Numbered from the stretch's first letter, positions 51,340-62,681 are shown. The stretch: 64,000 nt of DNA from an uncultured candidatus Porisulfidus sp. (GCA_965199755.1 CBDASZ010000001.1:64001-128000), one strand, 5' to 3'. A program made the numbers and translations. The notes: generated by a model from the sequence alone, not told the origin.

Positions 51340-51786
51340 TTAGGCCTCCAGCGCAATCGGCTGCTGTGCCGCGTGCGCATGCTCGGCTCCGGAATACACG
51401 TGCAGGCGACGCATCATTTCACGGCCCAGCCGCGTCTTCGGCAGCATGCCGCGAATCGCCAACTCCACAATCCGCTCCGGCGCACGCGCCTGCAGATTCT
51501 CAAAGGATTCGCTGCGCAGATGGCCGATATAGCCGGTGTGGTGGTGATACATCTTGTCCGTGCGCTTGTTGCCAGTCACCTGAATATCCTGTGCGTTGAG
51601 CACAATGACATGATCGCCCATATCCACGTGCGGCGTCCAGTCCGCGCGGTGCTTGCCACGCAAATAATGCGCGACGCGCGCGGCCAATCGGCCAAGCACC
51701 TGGTCAGAACTGTCCACGACGTACCACTGGCCGTTGCCGGCCTTGGCACTGACAGTACTGCGGGTCAGATTCTGCTTTTTCATCAC
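51340..51786 (-). CDS. rplM: 50S ribosomal protein L13
   Basis: WYVVD, LGRLA, LRGKH, TPHVD.GD, GMLPK. Confidence 0.97.
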   Translation of the reverse strand: MMKKQNLTRSTVSAKAGNGQWYVVDSSDQVLGRLAARVAHYLRGKHRADWTPHVDMGDHVIVLNAQDIQVTGNKRTDKMYHHHTGYIGHLRSESFENLQARAPERIVELAIRGMLPKTRLGREMMRRLHVYSGAEHAHAAQQPIALEA

Positions 51787-51875
51787 GCGGGCGTGAAAAG
51801 TAAAGGGGCAATTTTAGCACACGCGACTTTATCGCGTGGCTTCTCTGACACAGCAAATAAGGATTCTCCTCGCTC

Positions 51876-52124
51876 TTATTCCGGCAATTCCCCCCACATC
51901 AGCCATCCGGTACGGGCGAAAGCCCGAGAGCCTTCCGCGACTTTTTCCTTTGAACGAATCTTGTCGTAACACAGATCAAAAGCCTGATAGTCTGTCAACT
52001 CAAGCAGATACTGCACATACTCCGCCAGCCAAATAGGCAAGCGAATTTCGTTGAACGGATTGAGTTTGCCTCCATGCTCATCCTCAAACACCTCGCAAAA
52101 GTACCACTTGTCCTCATCGGGCAA
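51876..52124 (-). pseudogene. Small hypothetical ORF or gene remnant
   Basis: 82-codon frame with protein-like composition and a TTG start; no family recognised. Confidence 0.3.
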
Positions 52125-52209
52125 GTGGTGCCGTGTTTCGAGCCTGCGACTTCCACATGTCGAACTGATCCTGAAGCGCCTGATCAGGCGCGATGTGGGA
52201 GCGGTAAGA

Positions 52210-52227
52210 GTGTCATACAGTTTTCAC
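52210..52227 (+). promoter_or_regulatory. Pho box (PhoB site) upstream of pstS
   Basis: GTGTCAT-ACAG-TTTTCAC, direct repeats with 11-bp spacing resembling CTGTCAT. Confidence 0.7.
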
Positions 52228-52319
52228 AAATTTTCTGTGTAATAACCGCTGGCATTCGGGGGCTCCCCGATGCCATTATCAGTTTTAGCTCAAAATAACC
52301 GACAGAGGCACACATTGAA

Positions 52320-53345
52320 ATGAAACTCCGCATTTTCGCAGTCGTTTTGCTGGCGGTGGCTGCATCCGCAGCTCAGGCGCGCGACCAGATCAACATCGTA
52401 GGCTCTTCCACGGTCTATCCTTTCGCCACCGTTGTGGCTGAAAAGTTCGGCAAAACCACCAACTTCAAAACTCCCAAGGTTGAAGCGACCGGCTCCGGCG
52501 GCGGTCTGAAGTTGTTCTGCGCCGGGGTCGGCGTCAACACGCCGGACATCACCAACGCATCGCGCAAGATCAAAGAAAGAGAGATTGAGCGCTGCAAGGA
52601 GAATGGCGTGGTGGACGTGACTGAAGCCAAGGTCGGCTACGACGGCATTGTGCTTGCGAACGCCAAAGGCGCGGAGCGCATGAATCTGACCCGCCGCGAC
52701 ATCTTCCTGGCATTGGCGCGTGAAGTGCCGAACCCGGATGGCAGCGAATCATTCGTCACCAATCCGTACACGACCTGGAAGGACGTCAACCCACAACTGC
52801 GCGACAGCAAGATCGAAGTGCTCGGCCCGCCGCCGACCTCCGGCACCCGCGACGCCTTCGCTGAACTGGCGCTGGAAGGCGGCTGCAAGAGTTTCGAATG
52901 GATCAAGGCCATGAAGAAGGCTGACCAGAAGAAATACAAGGCGCACTGCCATTCCGTGCGGGAAGACGGTCACTACATCGAAGCCGGTGAGAACGACAAT
53001 CTGATCGTGCAGAAACTCGCGGCCAACCCCAGCGCGCTCGGCGTATTCGGCTACAGCTTCCTGGATCAGAACTTCGAGAAAGTGCAGGGTTCGCTTGTCG
53101 ATGGAGTCGAACCAGATTTCGACGCGATCGCCGACGGCAGCTATCCGGTGTCCCGTCCGCTGTACTTCTACATCAAGAATGCTCACTTGGGTGCCATTCC
53201 AGGCATCAAGGAGTTCGTGGCTGAGTTTATGAGCGATGCGGCCAGCGGTACGGAAGGCTATCTGACTGAAAAGGGCATGATCCCAATGTCGGCGGAAGAG
53301 CGCTCCAAACTGGTGCCTTCGATCACCTCATTTACCCCCCTGTAA
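52320..53345 (+). CDS. pstS: Phosphate ABC transporter substrate-binding protein (PstS family)
   Basis: GSSTVYP, TGSGGG, ASR, SGTRDAF, YPVSRPL. Confidence 0.93.
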   Translation: MKLRIFAVVLLAVAASAAQARDQINIVGSSTVYPFATVVAEKFGKTTNFKTPKVEATGSGGGLKLFCAGVGVNTPDITNASRKIKEREIERCKENGVVDVTEAKVGYDGIVLANAKGAERMNLTRRDIFLALAREVPNPDGSESFVTNPYTTWKDVNPQLRDSKIEVLGPPPTSGTRDAFAELALEGGCKSFEWIKAMKKADQKKYKAHCHSVREDGHYIEAGENDNLIVQKLAANPSALGVFGYSFLDQNFEKVQGSLVDGVEPDFDAIADGSYPVSRPLYFYIKNAHLGAIPGIKEFVAEFMSDAASGTEGYLTEKGMIPMSAEERSKLVPSITSFTPL

Positions 53346-53374
53346 TAACGCTCCTTTCACGCGATCTCTCGCGC

Positions 53375-53402
53375 AAAGAGCCGGCTTCGTCCGGCTCTTT
53401 TT
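53375..53402 (+). terminator. Rho-independent terminator after pstS
   Basis: aaagagccgg-cttcgt-ccggctctttt. Confidence 0.88.
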
Positions 53403-53504
53403 ATGCCCAGCACCCTTTATAATGACCCGCTTGCCTGCGGCGCACCCCGCACTGCCGGCAAGGCACCCTCACTTTATCCGTTCGCAGCCTGTCATCGTCA
53501 TCCT

Positions 53505-54470
53505 ATGAGCACCCTCGCACCCCACCCGGATGCGGTCATCTGGATGAATGGCCAGATGGTGCCATGGGCGGACGCCACCACGCACGTGCTGACGCACAGC
53601 CTGCATTACGGCAGCGGCGTGTTCGAGGGCCTGCGCGCGTTCACCACCGATGACGGCCCGGCAATTTTTCGCCTGAAGGAACACACCAGCCGCCTGTTTG
53701 AGTCCGCAGCCTGCGTCAGCATGACCATCCCGTTCTCCGAAGACGAGATCAATCAGGCTTGCGTGGACATCGTGAGCGTCAACCAGCTGGAAACCGCCTA
53801 CATTCGCCCGATCTGCTTTTACGGCGCGGAAAGTCTGGGCCTGCATGCCAAGGGACTCCACGTGCACACCGTGGTCGCGGCCTGGGAGTGGGGCGTGTAC
53901 CTGGGCGACGAGGGGCTTGAGCAGGGCATTCGCGTGTTCATCTCCTCAATCATCCGTGACCGCGTCAACGCGCCACTCACCAATTCCAAGATCTGCGGCA
54001 ACTACGTGTACTCCGCGGTGGCGACCGCACAGGCGAAAAGCGCCGGCTACGACGAGGCCCTGCTGCTAGAGACCGACGGGCGCATTTCTGAAGGCAGCGG
54101 AGAGAATCTGTTTCTGGTGCGCAATGGCATTCTGGAGACGCCGGAACCTGGCTCCGCACTCGACGGCATCACACGACGCACCCTGATCGCCATGGCGGAA
54201 GAAGAGGGCATCGAAGTGCGGGAGACCAAACTCATGCCGGATGACCTGCTGGGCAGCGATGAAGCCTTCTTCACCGGTACGGCGGCGGAAGTCACGCCGA
54301 TTCGCGAAGTCAACGGCCAGCCGATCGGCGATGGCAAGCGTGGCCCCGTCACCACGCGGCTGATGCAGCGTTATCAAGACATTGTCAGCGGTCATTCCGA
54401 ACCGCATCGGCACTGGCTCACCTACACACGCGGGTGCGCCCACCGCAATCATGCACCTGACTCTTCCTGA
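53505..54470 (+). CDS. ilvE: Branched-chain amino acid aminotransferase
   Basis: LHYGSGVFEG, KICGNY, EGSGENLF, GITRRT, GTAAEVTPI. Confidence 0.95.
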   Translation: MSTLAPHPDAVIWMNGQMVPWADATTHVLTHSLHYGSGVFEGLRAFTTDDGPAIFRLKEHTSRLFESAACVSMTIPFSEDEINQACVDIVSVNQLETAYIRPICFYGAESLGLHAKGLHVHTVVAAWEWGVYLGDEGLEQGIRVFISSIIRDRVNAPLTNSKICGNYVYSAVATAQAKSAGYDEALLLETDGRISEGSGENLFLVRNGILETPEPGSALDGITRRTLIAMAEEEGIEVRETKLMPDDLLGSDEAFFTGTAAEVTPIREVNGQPIGDGKRGPVTTRLMQRYQDIVSGHSEPHRHWLTYTRGCAHRNHAPDSS

Positions 54471-55875
54471 CTTCGACACCATCCGCGCCCTGATCGTCGG
54501 CGACGCACTGCTTGATCAGTACTGGAGCGGCAACACCGGACGAATCTCACCTGAAGCCCCGGTTCCCGTGGTGGCCGTCGAGAACGAACAATACCGCATC
54601 GGCGGTGCTGGCAATGTGGCCGTCAATATCGTCGCGCTGGGCGCGCACGCTGCACTGCTCGCGCCGATCGGCCCCGATCAATCCGGGCGTACGCTAAGCA
54701 AGCTGCTGAAGTCGCACAAGATTGAAAACCGTATGATCGTGCAAAAAGACATGCAAACGCCGCGCAAACTGCGCGTGGTAAGCCAGCAGCAGCAACTGAT
54801 CCGGCTCGACTTTGAGGAACAGGCGCAATTCAATCAAACAGTATTCGAGCAGACCTACCGCTCCGCGCTCAATCACAGCAACGTGGTGATCCTGTCGGAT
54901 TACGGAAAAGGCGCGCTGAACGATCCCCAATCCCTAATCAAGATCACCAAGTCTCGCGGGGTTCCAGTCTTTGTCGACCCCAAGCGAGAAGACTGGGGAG
55001 CCTATGCGGGTGCCACCGTCATCACGCCGAACCGGCGCGAACTCGAAGCCATCACCGGCCCTCTGTCAGACCTCAAGGAAATTGCCGCGCAGGCCCAGAA
55101 GCTCTGCAAGAAGCACCGCATCGAGGCGATGCTGGTGACGCTGGGTGAACAGGGCATGCTCCTGCAGCAAGGCCGCAAGACTATCCATTTGGGTGCTACC
55201 GCGCGCGATGTCTTCGACGTCACCGGTGCCGGTGACACCGTCATCGCCACATTCGCTGCAGCATGGACCGCCGGACAAAGCCCTGAAGAAGCACTGCGAC
55301 TGGCCAATCTGGCCGCCGGTGAGGTGGTCGGCAAGTTCGGTACGGCCGCGGTCACACCAGCTGAACTGATCCACGCCGGGCGTCGTGAGCGTGCGCTGGA
55401 GACCGGAGTGGTGTCCCCGCACAGCCTGCGCCGTCTGGTCCACGAATCTCGCGAAGCCGGCGAGACGCTGGTATTCACCAACGGCTGCTTTGATTTGCTG
55501 CACGCGGGCCATGTCTCGCTGCTGGAAGAAGCCGCGACACTGGGCGATCGATTGATCGTGGCCATCAACAACGATGCTTCGGTGCGCCGCAACAAAGGCT
55601 CCAACCGCCCGATTCAGCCGTTGCAATACCGCCAGCAGGTACTGGCGGGTCTGGAGTGCGTCGACTGGGTGGTGCCGTTCGCGCAGAAAACCCCGCGCCA
55701 GCTAATCGACGAGATTCGCCCGGACGTGTTGGTCAAGGGCGCAGACTATCAGCCCGACGAGATCGTCGGTGCCGACACGGTCACCGCCGACGGCGGCAAG
55801 GTGGTTGTACTGCCCCTGCTCGAAGGCTATTCCACAAGCGAACTGGTACGCCGCATTTGCGAAAGCGACGACTGA
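54451..55875 (+). CDS. hldE: Bifunctional heptose-7-phosphate kinase / heptose-1-phosphate adenylyltransferase
   Basis: RISPEAPVPV, DVTGAGDTV, TNGCFDLLHAGH, LVKGADY. Confidence 0.96.
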   Translation: MHLTLPDFDTIRALIVGDALLDQYWSGNTGRISPEAPVPVVAVENEQYRIGGAGNVAVNIVALGAHAALLAPIGPDQSGRTLSKLLKSHKIENRMIVQKDMQTPRKLRVVSQQQQLIRLDFEEQAQFNQTVFEQTYRSALNHSNVVILSDYGKGALNDPQSLIKITKSRGVPVFVDPKREDWGAYAGATVITPNRRELEAITGPLSDLKEIAAQAQKLCKKHRIEAMLVTLGEQGMLLQQGRKTIHLGATARDVFDVTGAGDTVIATFAAAWTAGQSPEEALRLANLAAGEVVGKFGTAAVTPAELIHAGRRERALETGVVSPHSLRRLVHESREAGETLVFTNGCFDLLHAGHVSLLEEAATLGDRLIVAINNDASVRRNKGSNRPIQPLQYRQQVLAGLECVDWVVPFAQKTPRQLIDEIRPDVLVKGADYQPDEIVGADTVTADGGKVVVLPLLEGYSTSELVRRICESDD

Positions 55876-55878
55876 TCC

Positions 55879-56883
55879 ATGAGCCAACCGGAAGACCGTA
55901 TTCTGGTCGTCGCACAAGCCTGGGTGGGCGACATCATCTTCAGTCAGATGCTATACACGCAACTACAGGCACAACAGCCTCAAGTGCGCATTGACGTGGC
56001 CGCGCCCGCTTGGACGGAAGCCTTGCTGCAGCGCATGCCGCAAGTCCACCAGCACCACATCATAGACATTCCGCACGGCCGCCTGAAGCCGCACCGGCAA
56101 TGGCGTCTGGCACAACAGTGGCGCGGGCAATACACGCAGGCGATTGTCGTGCCACGCTCCGCGAAAGCGGCGCTGGCAGCCACGCTGGCCGGAATCCCGC
56201 GCCGGACGGGGTTCGCAAGCAACGGACGTCCGGGACTGATCAACGATGCTCGTCCGCGACCGGACGGCGTCATCGCCAGAATGCTGACTCTGGCGGGCGC
56301 GGACCCCTCCACTGAGGTCGCGCACCCAAAACTGGAGGTCGACCCGGATCGCGCACGAACAGTGATGCAGCGCTTCGGACTGGACCCGCAAGCCCGTTGG
56401 GTCGGACTGATGCCGGGCGCGGCGTATGGATCCGCCAAACAATGGGGAGTCGCCGCGTTTGCGGAGCTGGCCGCCCTGCTGATAGAGCAGGGTTATCGCG
56501 TCTGTGTGCTGGGCGGCAAAAAAGAACCACTTATGGGCGATCAGATTGCCACGGTCTCGGATTCCGTCGTCAATCTGTGCGGCAAGACCACACTGGATGA
56601 AGCGGTCGACCTGATCAGTGCGCTGGCTTGCGCGGTGTGCAACGATTCGGGACTGCTGCACGTGGCCGCCGCGGTGGACACCCCGACCGTCGGCATTTAC
56701 GGCGCGACCTCGCCGCACACGCATCCGCCGCTGAACCCGAACGCCTCAATCTGCTATGCCGACACAGTATGCAGTCCGTGCCAGCAGCGTCATTGCCCTT
56801 ACGAAACTCACGGTTGCATGCGCGCCATCACGCCGGAGCAGGTGCACATAGAAGTGTTGGCGCGAGTCCGCCCATTACAATAG
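55879..56883 (+). CDS. waaF: LPS heptosyltransferase II
   Basis: WVGD, PGAAYGSAKQW, NDSGLLHVAAA. Confidence 0.9.
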   Translation: MSQPEDRILVVAQAWVGDIIFSQMLYTQLQAQQPQVRIDVAAPAWTEALLQRMPQVHQHHIIDIPHGRLKPHRQWRLAQQWRGQYTQAIVVPRSAKAALAATLAGIPRRTGFASNGRPGLINDARPRPDGVIARMLTLAGADPSTEVAHPKLEVDPDRARTVMQRFGLDPQARWVGLMPGAAYGSAKQWGVAAFAELAALLIEQGYRVCVLGGKKEPLMGDQIATVSDSVVNLCGKTTLDEAVDLISALACAVCNDSGLLHVAAAVDTPTVGIYGATSPHTHPPLNPNASICYADTVCSPCQQRHCPYETHGCMRAITPEQVHIEVLARVRPLQ

Positions 56884-56930
56884 TCAGCCCGCGGCGAAGC
56901 CTGAATGATGGCGTGCTGCCTGGGGTATGT

Positions 56931-57018
56931 GCCGAGATGGCGGAACTGGTAGACGCGCCGGATTCAAAATCCGGTGGGGCAGCCCCCCGTGTGGGTTCGA
57001 GTCCCACTCTCGGTACCA
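56931..57018 (+). tRNA. tRNA-Leu (CAA)
   Basis: GCCGAGA/TCTCGGT acceptor stem, ccgga-ttCAAaa-tccgg anticodon arm, variable arm, CCA. Confidence 0.96.
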
Positions 57019-57048
57019 CCCCCCAACCCGACCGCCGGAACCAGACTG

Positions 57049-57354
57049 ATGAGCTACTATCGCACCCATGCCTTCTTCTGCGTCAATCAACGTGATGACG
57101 AGGCGTGCTGCCAAGATCATGACGCAAGCGCCATGCGCGAATACGCCAAACAGCGCTGCCAGGAGTTGGGCGTGCATGGAGCGGGACAGGTCCGAATCAA
57201 CCAGTCCGGCTGTCTGGACCGCTGCGCGGAAGGCCCGATTCTGGTGGTGTATCCCGACAACGTCTGGTATCGCTATAACACCCGCGAGGACGTTGACCGC
57301 ATTATCGAAGAGCATTTGATCGGCGGCTGTCCGGTGCTTGACCTGCGCCTGTGA
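57049..57354 (+). CDS. Thioredoxin-like [2Fe-2S] ferredoxin
   Basis: H.FFC.N.R....CC, GCLDRCAEGP, VVYP..VWY. Confidence 0.9.
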   Translation: MSYYRTHAFFCVNQRDDEACCQDHDASAMREYAKQRCQELGVHGAGQVRINQSGCLDRCAEGPILVVYPDNVWYRYNTREDVDRIIEEHLIGGCPVLDLRL

Positions 57355-57359
57355 TAGCA

Positions 57360-58400
57360 ATGGAGACCCGCCCACTCGGTGATACAGAACTGCAGGTCAG
57401 CGCGCTGTGTCTGGGCACCATGACCTATGGCGAACAAAACACCCTGCCGGAAGCGCACCAGCAACTTGATTGCGCCTTCGAGCGCGGGGTCAATTTCATT
57501 GACACAGCCGAGATGTACGCCATCCCGCCGAGCGCCGAAACCCAGGGTCTCACCGAGTCGTATGTTGGGAACTGGATCGCCACAGGCCGCGTCCCGCGCG
57601 AGCAAATCATCCTTGCCACCAAAGTCGCCGGGCCTTCTGATCTCATGGCGTATCTGCGCGAAGGGCCGCGTCTGAACGCTTCGCATATTGAGCGGGCGAT
57701 TGATGACAGCCTGCGCCGTCTGTGCACTGACTACATTGACCTCTATCAGGTGCACTGGCCGGAACGCAACACCAATTTCTTCGGCGCACTGGGCTATCAG
57801 CACACCGAAGACGACCATGCGGTTGCGATCGAAGAGACCTGCGAAGCACTCGCGCGGCTGGTCGAATCTGGCAAAGTCCGCTACATCGGCATCTCCAACG
57901 AGACCCCGTGGGGCATGCTGGAATACCTGCGCCTCGCACGCGAACACAACATCCCGCGCATTGTGTCAATCCAGAACCCTTACAGTCTGCTGAATCGAAG
58001 CTTCGAGGTTGGTCTGGCGGAAATCGCCATTCGCGAACGCTGCGGATTGCTGGCCTACTCGCCGCTCGCCTTCGGACGGCTCACCGGCAAATACCCCGGT
58101 GATGCAGATGACAGTGCACGACTGAACCGCTGGCCGGAGTGGTTCACACGCTACAACAGCGAATCTGCGCTCGATGCCACCGAACGTTATGTGGCGCTGG
58201 CCCACGCGCACGGGATGAGCCCGGCCGCCATGGCGCTGGCGTTCGTCCGGCAACAGCCTTTTGTCACCAGCGTCATCCTCGGCGCCACCACCATGGAGCA
58301 ATTGACTGAAAATCTTGATAGCGCCGATCTGACGCTGGATGCGGCGCTGCTAGAAGAAATCAACGCCATTCACGAAGCCTTGCCGAACCCATCGCCCTGA
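57360..58400 (+). CDS. tas: NADP(H)-dependent aldo-keto reductase (Tas-like)
   Basis: LGTMTYGEQN, IDTAEMY, YIDLYQVHWP, SNETPWG, IQNPYSLLNR. Confidence 0.9.
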   Translation: METRPLGDTELQVSALCLGTMTYGEQNTLPEAHQQLDCAFERGVNFIDTAEMYAIPPSAETQGLTESYVGNWIATGRVPREQIILATKVAGPSDLMAYLREGPRLNASHIERAIDDSLRRLCTDYIDLYQVHWPERNTNFFGALGYQHTEDDHAVAIEETCEALARLVESGKVRYIGISNETPWGMLEYLRLAREHNIPRIVSIQNPYSLLNRSFEVGLAEIAIRERCGLLAYSPLAFGRLTGKYPGDADDSARLNRWPEWFTRYNSESALDATERYVALAHAHGMSPAAMALAFVRQQPFVTSVILGATTMEQLTENLDSADLTLDAALLEEINAIHEALPNPSP

Positions 58401-58404
58401 ATCT

Positions 58405-59118
58405 TCACATCGGCGGCAACAGACGCGCCCCAGTCTCTTCAATCCAGGTGCGCACCCGATCATTCAATTCGCTGGCCTTCAATCCTTGGGAGGAAATCGG
58501 CGGCCCCACCATCACGGTGATTTCACCCGGACGCTTGACAAATCCTGGCGGCCAGAAATGTCCGGCGTTATGCGCCATCGGCACCACCGGCACCTCGTTT
58601 TGCGCGGCGAGATGCGCGCCGCCCATATGCCAGGTGCGACTCTCTCCAATCGGAATCCGCGTACCCTGCGGATAAATGATGATCACCTCGCCGTTCTGCA
58701 ATCGCGCACGGCCCTGCTCGGACATTTGCCGCAGACTGCGCCGCGGCGTGCCCCGGTTTATCGCGATCGGACGACAGGCCGCCATGCCCCAGCCGAAGAA
58801 CGGAATGCGCAGCAGCGCACGCTTGAGCACAAACACCGGCTGCGGGAACAGCACCGCCATCAGAATGGTCTCGAACGCAGACTGGTGGTTGGCCAGCACC
58901 ACATACGGGCCTTCGGCGGGAATGTTCTCGCGCCCCTCAACGGTATAACGAATCCCGCAGCAGACCCGAATCCACCGCAGCATGCTCACATTCCAGCGGG
59001 TCATCAACCAGTAGCCCGCGCGCGGTGGCAGCAGCCGCGACAGCGGTGCCAGCGAACCCAAAGTCAGGGAGACCAGGATCAACCCCAGATAAAACAACGC
59101 GGCGGATGCCCGCGCCAT
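58405..59118 (-). CDS. plsC: 1-acyl-sn-glycerol-3-phosphate acyltransferase
   Basis: NHQSAFE and YPQGTR; follows gmhB. Confidence 0.9.
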   Translation of the reverse strand: MARASAALFYLGLILVSLTLGSLAPLSRLLPPRAGYWLMTRWNVSMLRWIRVCCGIRYTVEGRENIPAEGPYVVLANHQSAFETILMAVLFPQPVFVLKRALLRIPFFGWGMAACRPIAINRGTPRRSLRQMSEQGRARLQNGEVIIIYPQGTRIPIGESRTWHMGGAHLAAQNEVPVVPMAHNAGHFWPPGFVKRPGEITVMVGPPISSQGLKASELNDRVRTWIEETGARLLPPM

Positions 59119-59125
59119 GTCGCAC

Positions 59126-59671
59126 TCAGCTGTCCAGTGACAGCAACTCGGTCACGAAGGCATGCAGACTGTCGTAGACCGGCACGTCTTTCGGGAACTT
59201 CTCGTCCTTTTCCGTCTCCGCGCCAAAACCGGTGCGTACCAATACAGGCTTCGCGCCTCCGGCCAAGGCCGCTTCGATATCGACCATACCGTCCCCTACC
59301 ATATACACCCCCTCGAGGCTTTCCATGCGGCTGCGGTGCATGATCTCATGCAGCAGGCCCGGTTTCGGCTTGCGGCACTCGCTGTTCGTTCCCGGCGCAT
59401 CCGGACAGAAGTAGATCGCGTCAATCCAGCCACCGTAACGACTCAGTGTGCCGTGCATTTTCATGTGAATGTTATTCAGCATCGCAATATCGATGATGCC
59501 GCGGCCAATAACCGACTGATTGGTCGCCAGCACCACGGTGTAGCCTGCTTCATTCAAGCGCGCCACCGCACTCATGCTGCTCTCGATCGGCTCCCACTCT
59601 TCCGGTGACGTGACATAGCCGTCCCGCTCTTCGTTGAGAACACCATCGCGGTCCAAAATAATCAGTTTCAT
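59126..59671 (-). CDS. gmhB: D,D-heptose 1,7-bisphosphate phosphatase
   Basis: LDRDGV, TNQS, CRKPKPG, VGD. Confidence 0.93.
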   Translation of the reverse strand: MKLIILDRDGVLNEERDGYVTSPEEWEPIESSMSAVARLNEAGYTVVLATNQSVIGRGIIDIAMLNNIHMKMHGTLSRYGGWIDAIYFCPDAPGTNSECRKPKPGLLHEIMHRSRMESLEGVYMVGDGMVDIEAALAGGAKPVLVRTGFGAETEKDEKFPKDVPVYDSLHAFVTELLSLDS

Positions 59672-59680
59672 CGTATTTCC

Positions 59681-61765
59681 CTAGTCTTGCAGGCGAGAAA
59701 AATCAGCCACACACAAAAACAGCTCCTGCACCTGTCTCAACAAGCACAACCGATTATGCCGTATTTGCGCGTCATCCGCCATAACCAGCACCTCATCGAA
59801 GAAGTTCGCGACCGGCTGTGCCAGTTCCAGCAAGCCTGTCAGCGCCGCGACATAACGCCCCTGCGCGCTCGCCTCCTGCACCTGTTCGCGCACCGCATCA
59901 AGTCCCTGCGCAAGCGCGCGCTCTTCGGCTTCCTGCAGCGCCTCTTCATGCAGCTCGCCTGAGCCCTCCGGAGCCTCGCGCAGAATATTGCGGATGCGCT
60001 TGTGCGTCCCAATGATCAAGGCCATCTGCGGCTGTCCTTTCAACTCCGCGACCACCTGCATGCGCCGCCACGCATCCAGTGGTCGATTCGGGCGCAACGC
60101 TAGCACCGCTTCGATCGTATCCTTGTCCTGGCCCTGCTCCACACCATAGCCGCGCATTCTGTCGTCCAGATATTGCATCACTTCTGCACTCGCCTCAGTG
60201 CGCTGCAGCGCGTCTGGATAACCGCGCACCGCCGCATCCACCGCATCGCTCAGATCCAAGTCGAGTTCGCACTCCACAATCAGACGCAATACGCCATAAG
60301 CCGCGCGCCGCACCCCCAGCGGGTCGCGGGTTCCACTCGGCGCTTCCTGCACACAAAACACGCCCGCCAACATATCCAGCCGATCAGCCAGCGCCAATAC
60401 TTGCCCGCCCTCGGAGGCCGGCAACACATCCTCCGCGCGGCGCGGCAAATAGTGCTCGCGGATCGCCGCGCAGATCGCTTCCTCTTCGCCATCCTCGCGC
60501 GCATATATCCCTCCGGCGATGCCTTGCAGTGTCGGGAAGGACTGCACCAGATCGGTGCCCAGATCCGCCTTGCACAAGTGCGCGGCGCGCACTGCCGGGT
60601 CCTGCGCGAAATCCAGCCCCTCAGCCAGTCGCGCCACCAGCACTTCAAGCCGCTGCGTACGCCCAAACAGGGTGCCCATCTTGCGATGCCAAACCACCCG
60701 CGCCAGATCATCAGTCCGGTCAGCCAGTTGTCGCCGACGGTCCCGCTCCAGGTAAAAGGCCGCGTCGCGCAGACGCGCGCGCACCACTTTCTCCGCGCCG
60801 GCAATAATGGCTCCAGCGGGGTCCGGCTGATTCGCCACCATCACGAAGTGAGGTGACAACGCACCACTATCGGTGCAGGTCGGGAAATAACCCTGCTGTT
60901 CTTCAAGCACCGTGCGAATGACCTCAAACGGCAGCGCCATATCCTCTGCATCAATCTTCCCGCACAACGCAACCGGGTACTCCACCCCCGCGCAACTGAG
61001 TTCCAGCCGCGCCTCATCGAAAGACACTGACGCCTCTTGCAGCGGCAATTCCGCGATCTGACACCGTACCTCTTCAGTGCGTCCCACCACCCACACCCGC
61101 CCCTCATCGCGCAAGCATGTCTCATACGCCTGTGCTGAAGGAATCTCACACTCTGCAGCACCCAACTGGCGATGACCGCGCGAGACGCGGGTGCTTTGCA
61201 CACCCAAAACCTCAGCCGCCACCACCTCCTCGCCGTACAGCAGCACCACCCCGCGCACCGGGCGCAGAAAACTCTCCTCTCCCTCGCCCCAGCGCATGCG
61301 GTTCTCAAGCGGCAACCCCGCTACCGCGCGACCGCAAATCTCAGGCAGCAATTCCTGACAACTGCACGCATCAATGCGCTGCGTGACGCTCAGCCACTCT
61401 CCCTTGTCGGTCTTCAGACGATCCTCACCGGCGGCCCAGCGCTTCATTTGCGCTTCATCCGCCTGACAACTGCGCGCGAACCCAAGCAGCGCCGGGGTCG
61501 GCTCCCCCTGCGCATCGAAGGCCGCGGACGCTTGCGGCCCCTTGCGGACTTTTGATGAGGCCTCGGTCGCGGGTGCAACCTCGCCCACACGAACGGTGAG
61601 CCTGCGTGCTGACGCGAACGGCTCAACCGGCCCCGCGAACACCAGTCCGGCACCACGCAGTTCACGGGTGAACGCCGCGGCAAAGGCCTCCTTGAGCGCC
61701 CCCAGGCTGCGGGCGGGAAGTTCTTCCGTGCCGAGTTCGAACAGCACGGGACGCGGCTCGCTCAT
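59681..61765 (-). CDS. glyS: Glycine--tRNA ligase beta subunit
   Basis: [34 protein letters not shown]. Confidence 0.94.
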   Translation of the reverse strand: MSEPRPVLFELGTEELPARSLGALKEAFAAAFTRELRGAGLVFAGPVEPFASARRLTVRVGEVAPATEASSKVRKGPQASAAFDAQGEPTPALLGFARSCQADEAQMKRWAAGEDRLKTDKGEWLSVTQRIDACSCQELLPEICGRAVAGLPLENRMRWGEGEESFLRPVRGVVLLYGEEVVAAEVLGVQSTRVSRGHRQLGAAECEIPSAQAYETCLRDEGRVWVVGRTEEVRCQIAELPLQEASVSFDEARLELSCAGVEYPVALCGKIDAEDMALPFEVIRTVLEEQQGYFPTCTDSGALSPHFVMVANQPDPAGAIIAGAEKVVRARLRDAAFYLERDRRRQLADRTDDLARVVWHRKMGTLFGRTQRLEVLVARLAEGLDFAQDPAVRAAHLCKADLGTDLVQSFPTLQGIAGGIYAREDGEEEAICAAIREHYLPRRAEDVLPASEGGQVLALADRLDMLAGVFCVQEAPSGTRDPLGVRRAAYGVLRLIVECELDLDLSDAVDAAVRGYPDALQRTEASAEVMQYLDDRMRGYGVEQGQDKDTIEAVLALRPNRPLDAWRRMQVVAELKGQPQMALIIGTHKRIRNILREAPEGSGELHEEALQEAEERALAQGLDAVREQVQEASAQGRYVAALTGLLELAQPVANFFDEVLVMADDAQIRHNRLCLLRQVQELFLCVADFSRLQD

Positions 61766-62631
61766 GTCGCGCTCAACGGAAACCCAAGGGCTGCGCGCGA
61801 GGCATGGTGCGCCTCCGCGATCTGCTGCGCGCGACGACGAATACGCAAGATGTACTGTTGCCGTTCGGTGACCGAGATAGCCCCTCTGGCATCCAGTAAG
61901 TTAAACACGTGCGAGCACAGCACCAACTGCTCGTATGCCGGCAACGGCAGCGCCGCTTCCACCAGCCGGTCGCACTCACGCTCCTGCGCATCAAATTGCT
62001 GCGCCAGCGCCTCGGTATCCGCCTGATCAAAGTTGTAGGCCGACTGCTGCACTTCATTTTCATGGAACAGATCGCGGTAGCGCAGGGTCTCATCCCAGCG
62101 CAGATCAAACACGCTGTCAGTGTCCTGCAGGATCATCGCTACACGCTCCAGCCCGTAGGTGATTTCACCCAGCGTCGGGCTACATTCAAGACCGCCGGCT
62201 TGCTGGAAGTACGTGAACTGGCTGATCTCCATACCGTTGAGCTGCACCTCCCATCCGAGGCCCCAGGCACCCAGCGTCGGTGACTCCCAATCGTCTTCCA
62301 CAAAGCGCAACTCGTTGTCGTCCAGCGACAATCCGAATTCTTCGAGCGAGCGTACGTACTGCTCCTGAATGTCATCCGGCGATGGCTTCAGCACTACCTG
62401 GAACTGGTAGTAGCGCTGCAGGCGGTTCGGATTCTCGCCATAGCGCCCGTCCGTCGGGCGGCGACACGGCTGCGCGAACGCGCAATTCCACGGCTCCGGG
62501 CCAATCGCACGCAGAAACGTCTCAGGGTGAAAGGTCGCCGCGCCAATCGGCAGATCATGCGCGGGCAAAATCGCGCACCCCCTTTGCGCCCAGTAACTCT
62601 CCAGCCGGCGGATGATTTCCTGAAGCGTCAT
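61762..62631 (-). CDS. glyQ: Glycine--tRNA ligase alpha subunit
   Basis: [39 protein letters not shown]. Confidence 0.97.
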   Translation of the reverse strand: MTLQEIIRRLESYWAQRGCAILPAHDLPIGAATFHPETFLRAIGPEPWNCAFAQPCRRPTDGRYGENPNRLQRYYQFQVVLKPSPDDIQEQYVRSLEEFGLSLDDNELRFVEDDWESPTLGAWGLGWEVQLNGMEISQFTYFQQAGGLECSPTLGEITYGLERVAMILQDTDSVFDLRWDETLRYRDLFHENEVQQSAYNFDQADTEALAQQFDAQERECDRLVEAALPLPAYEQLVLCSHVFNLLDARGAISVTERQQYILRIRRRAQQIAEAHHASRAALGFPLSAT

Positions 62632-62681
62632 GGCAAATGTGAAAGCGCGCTGTGCGGCTGAAATTCTATCAGGGTGGTTCC

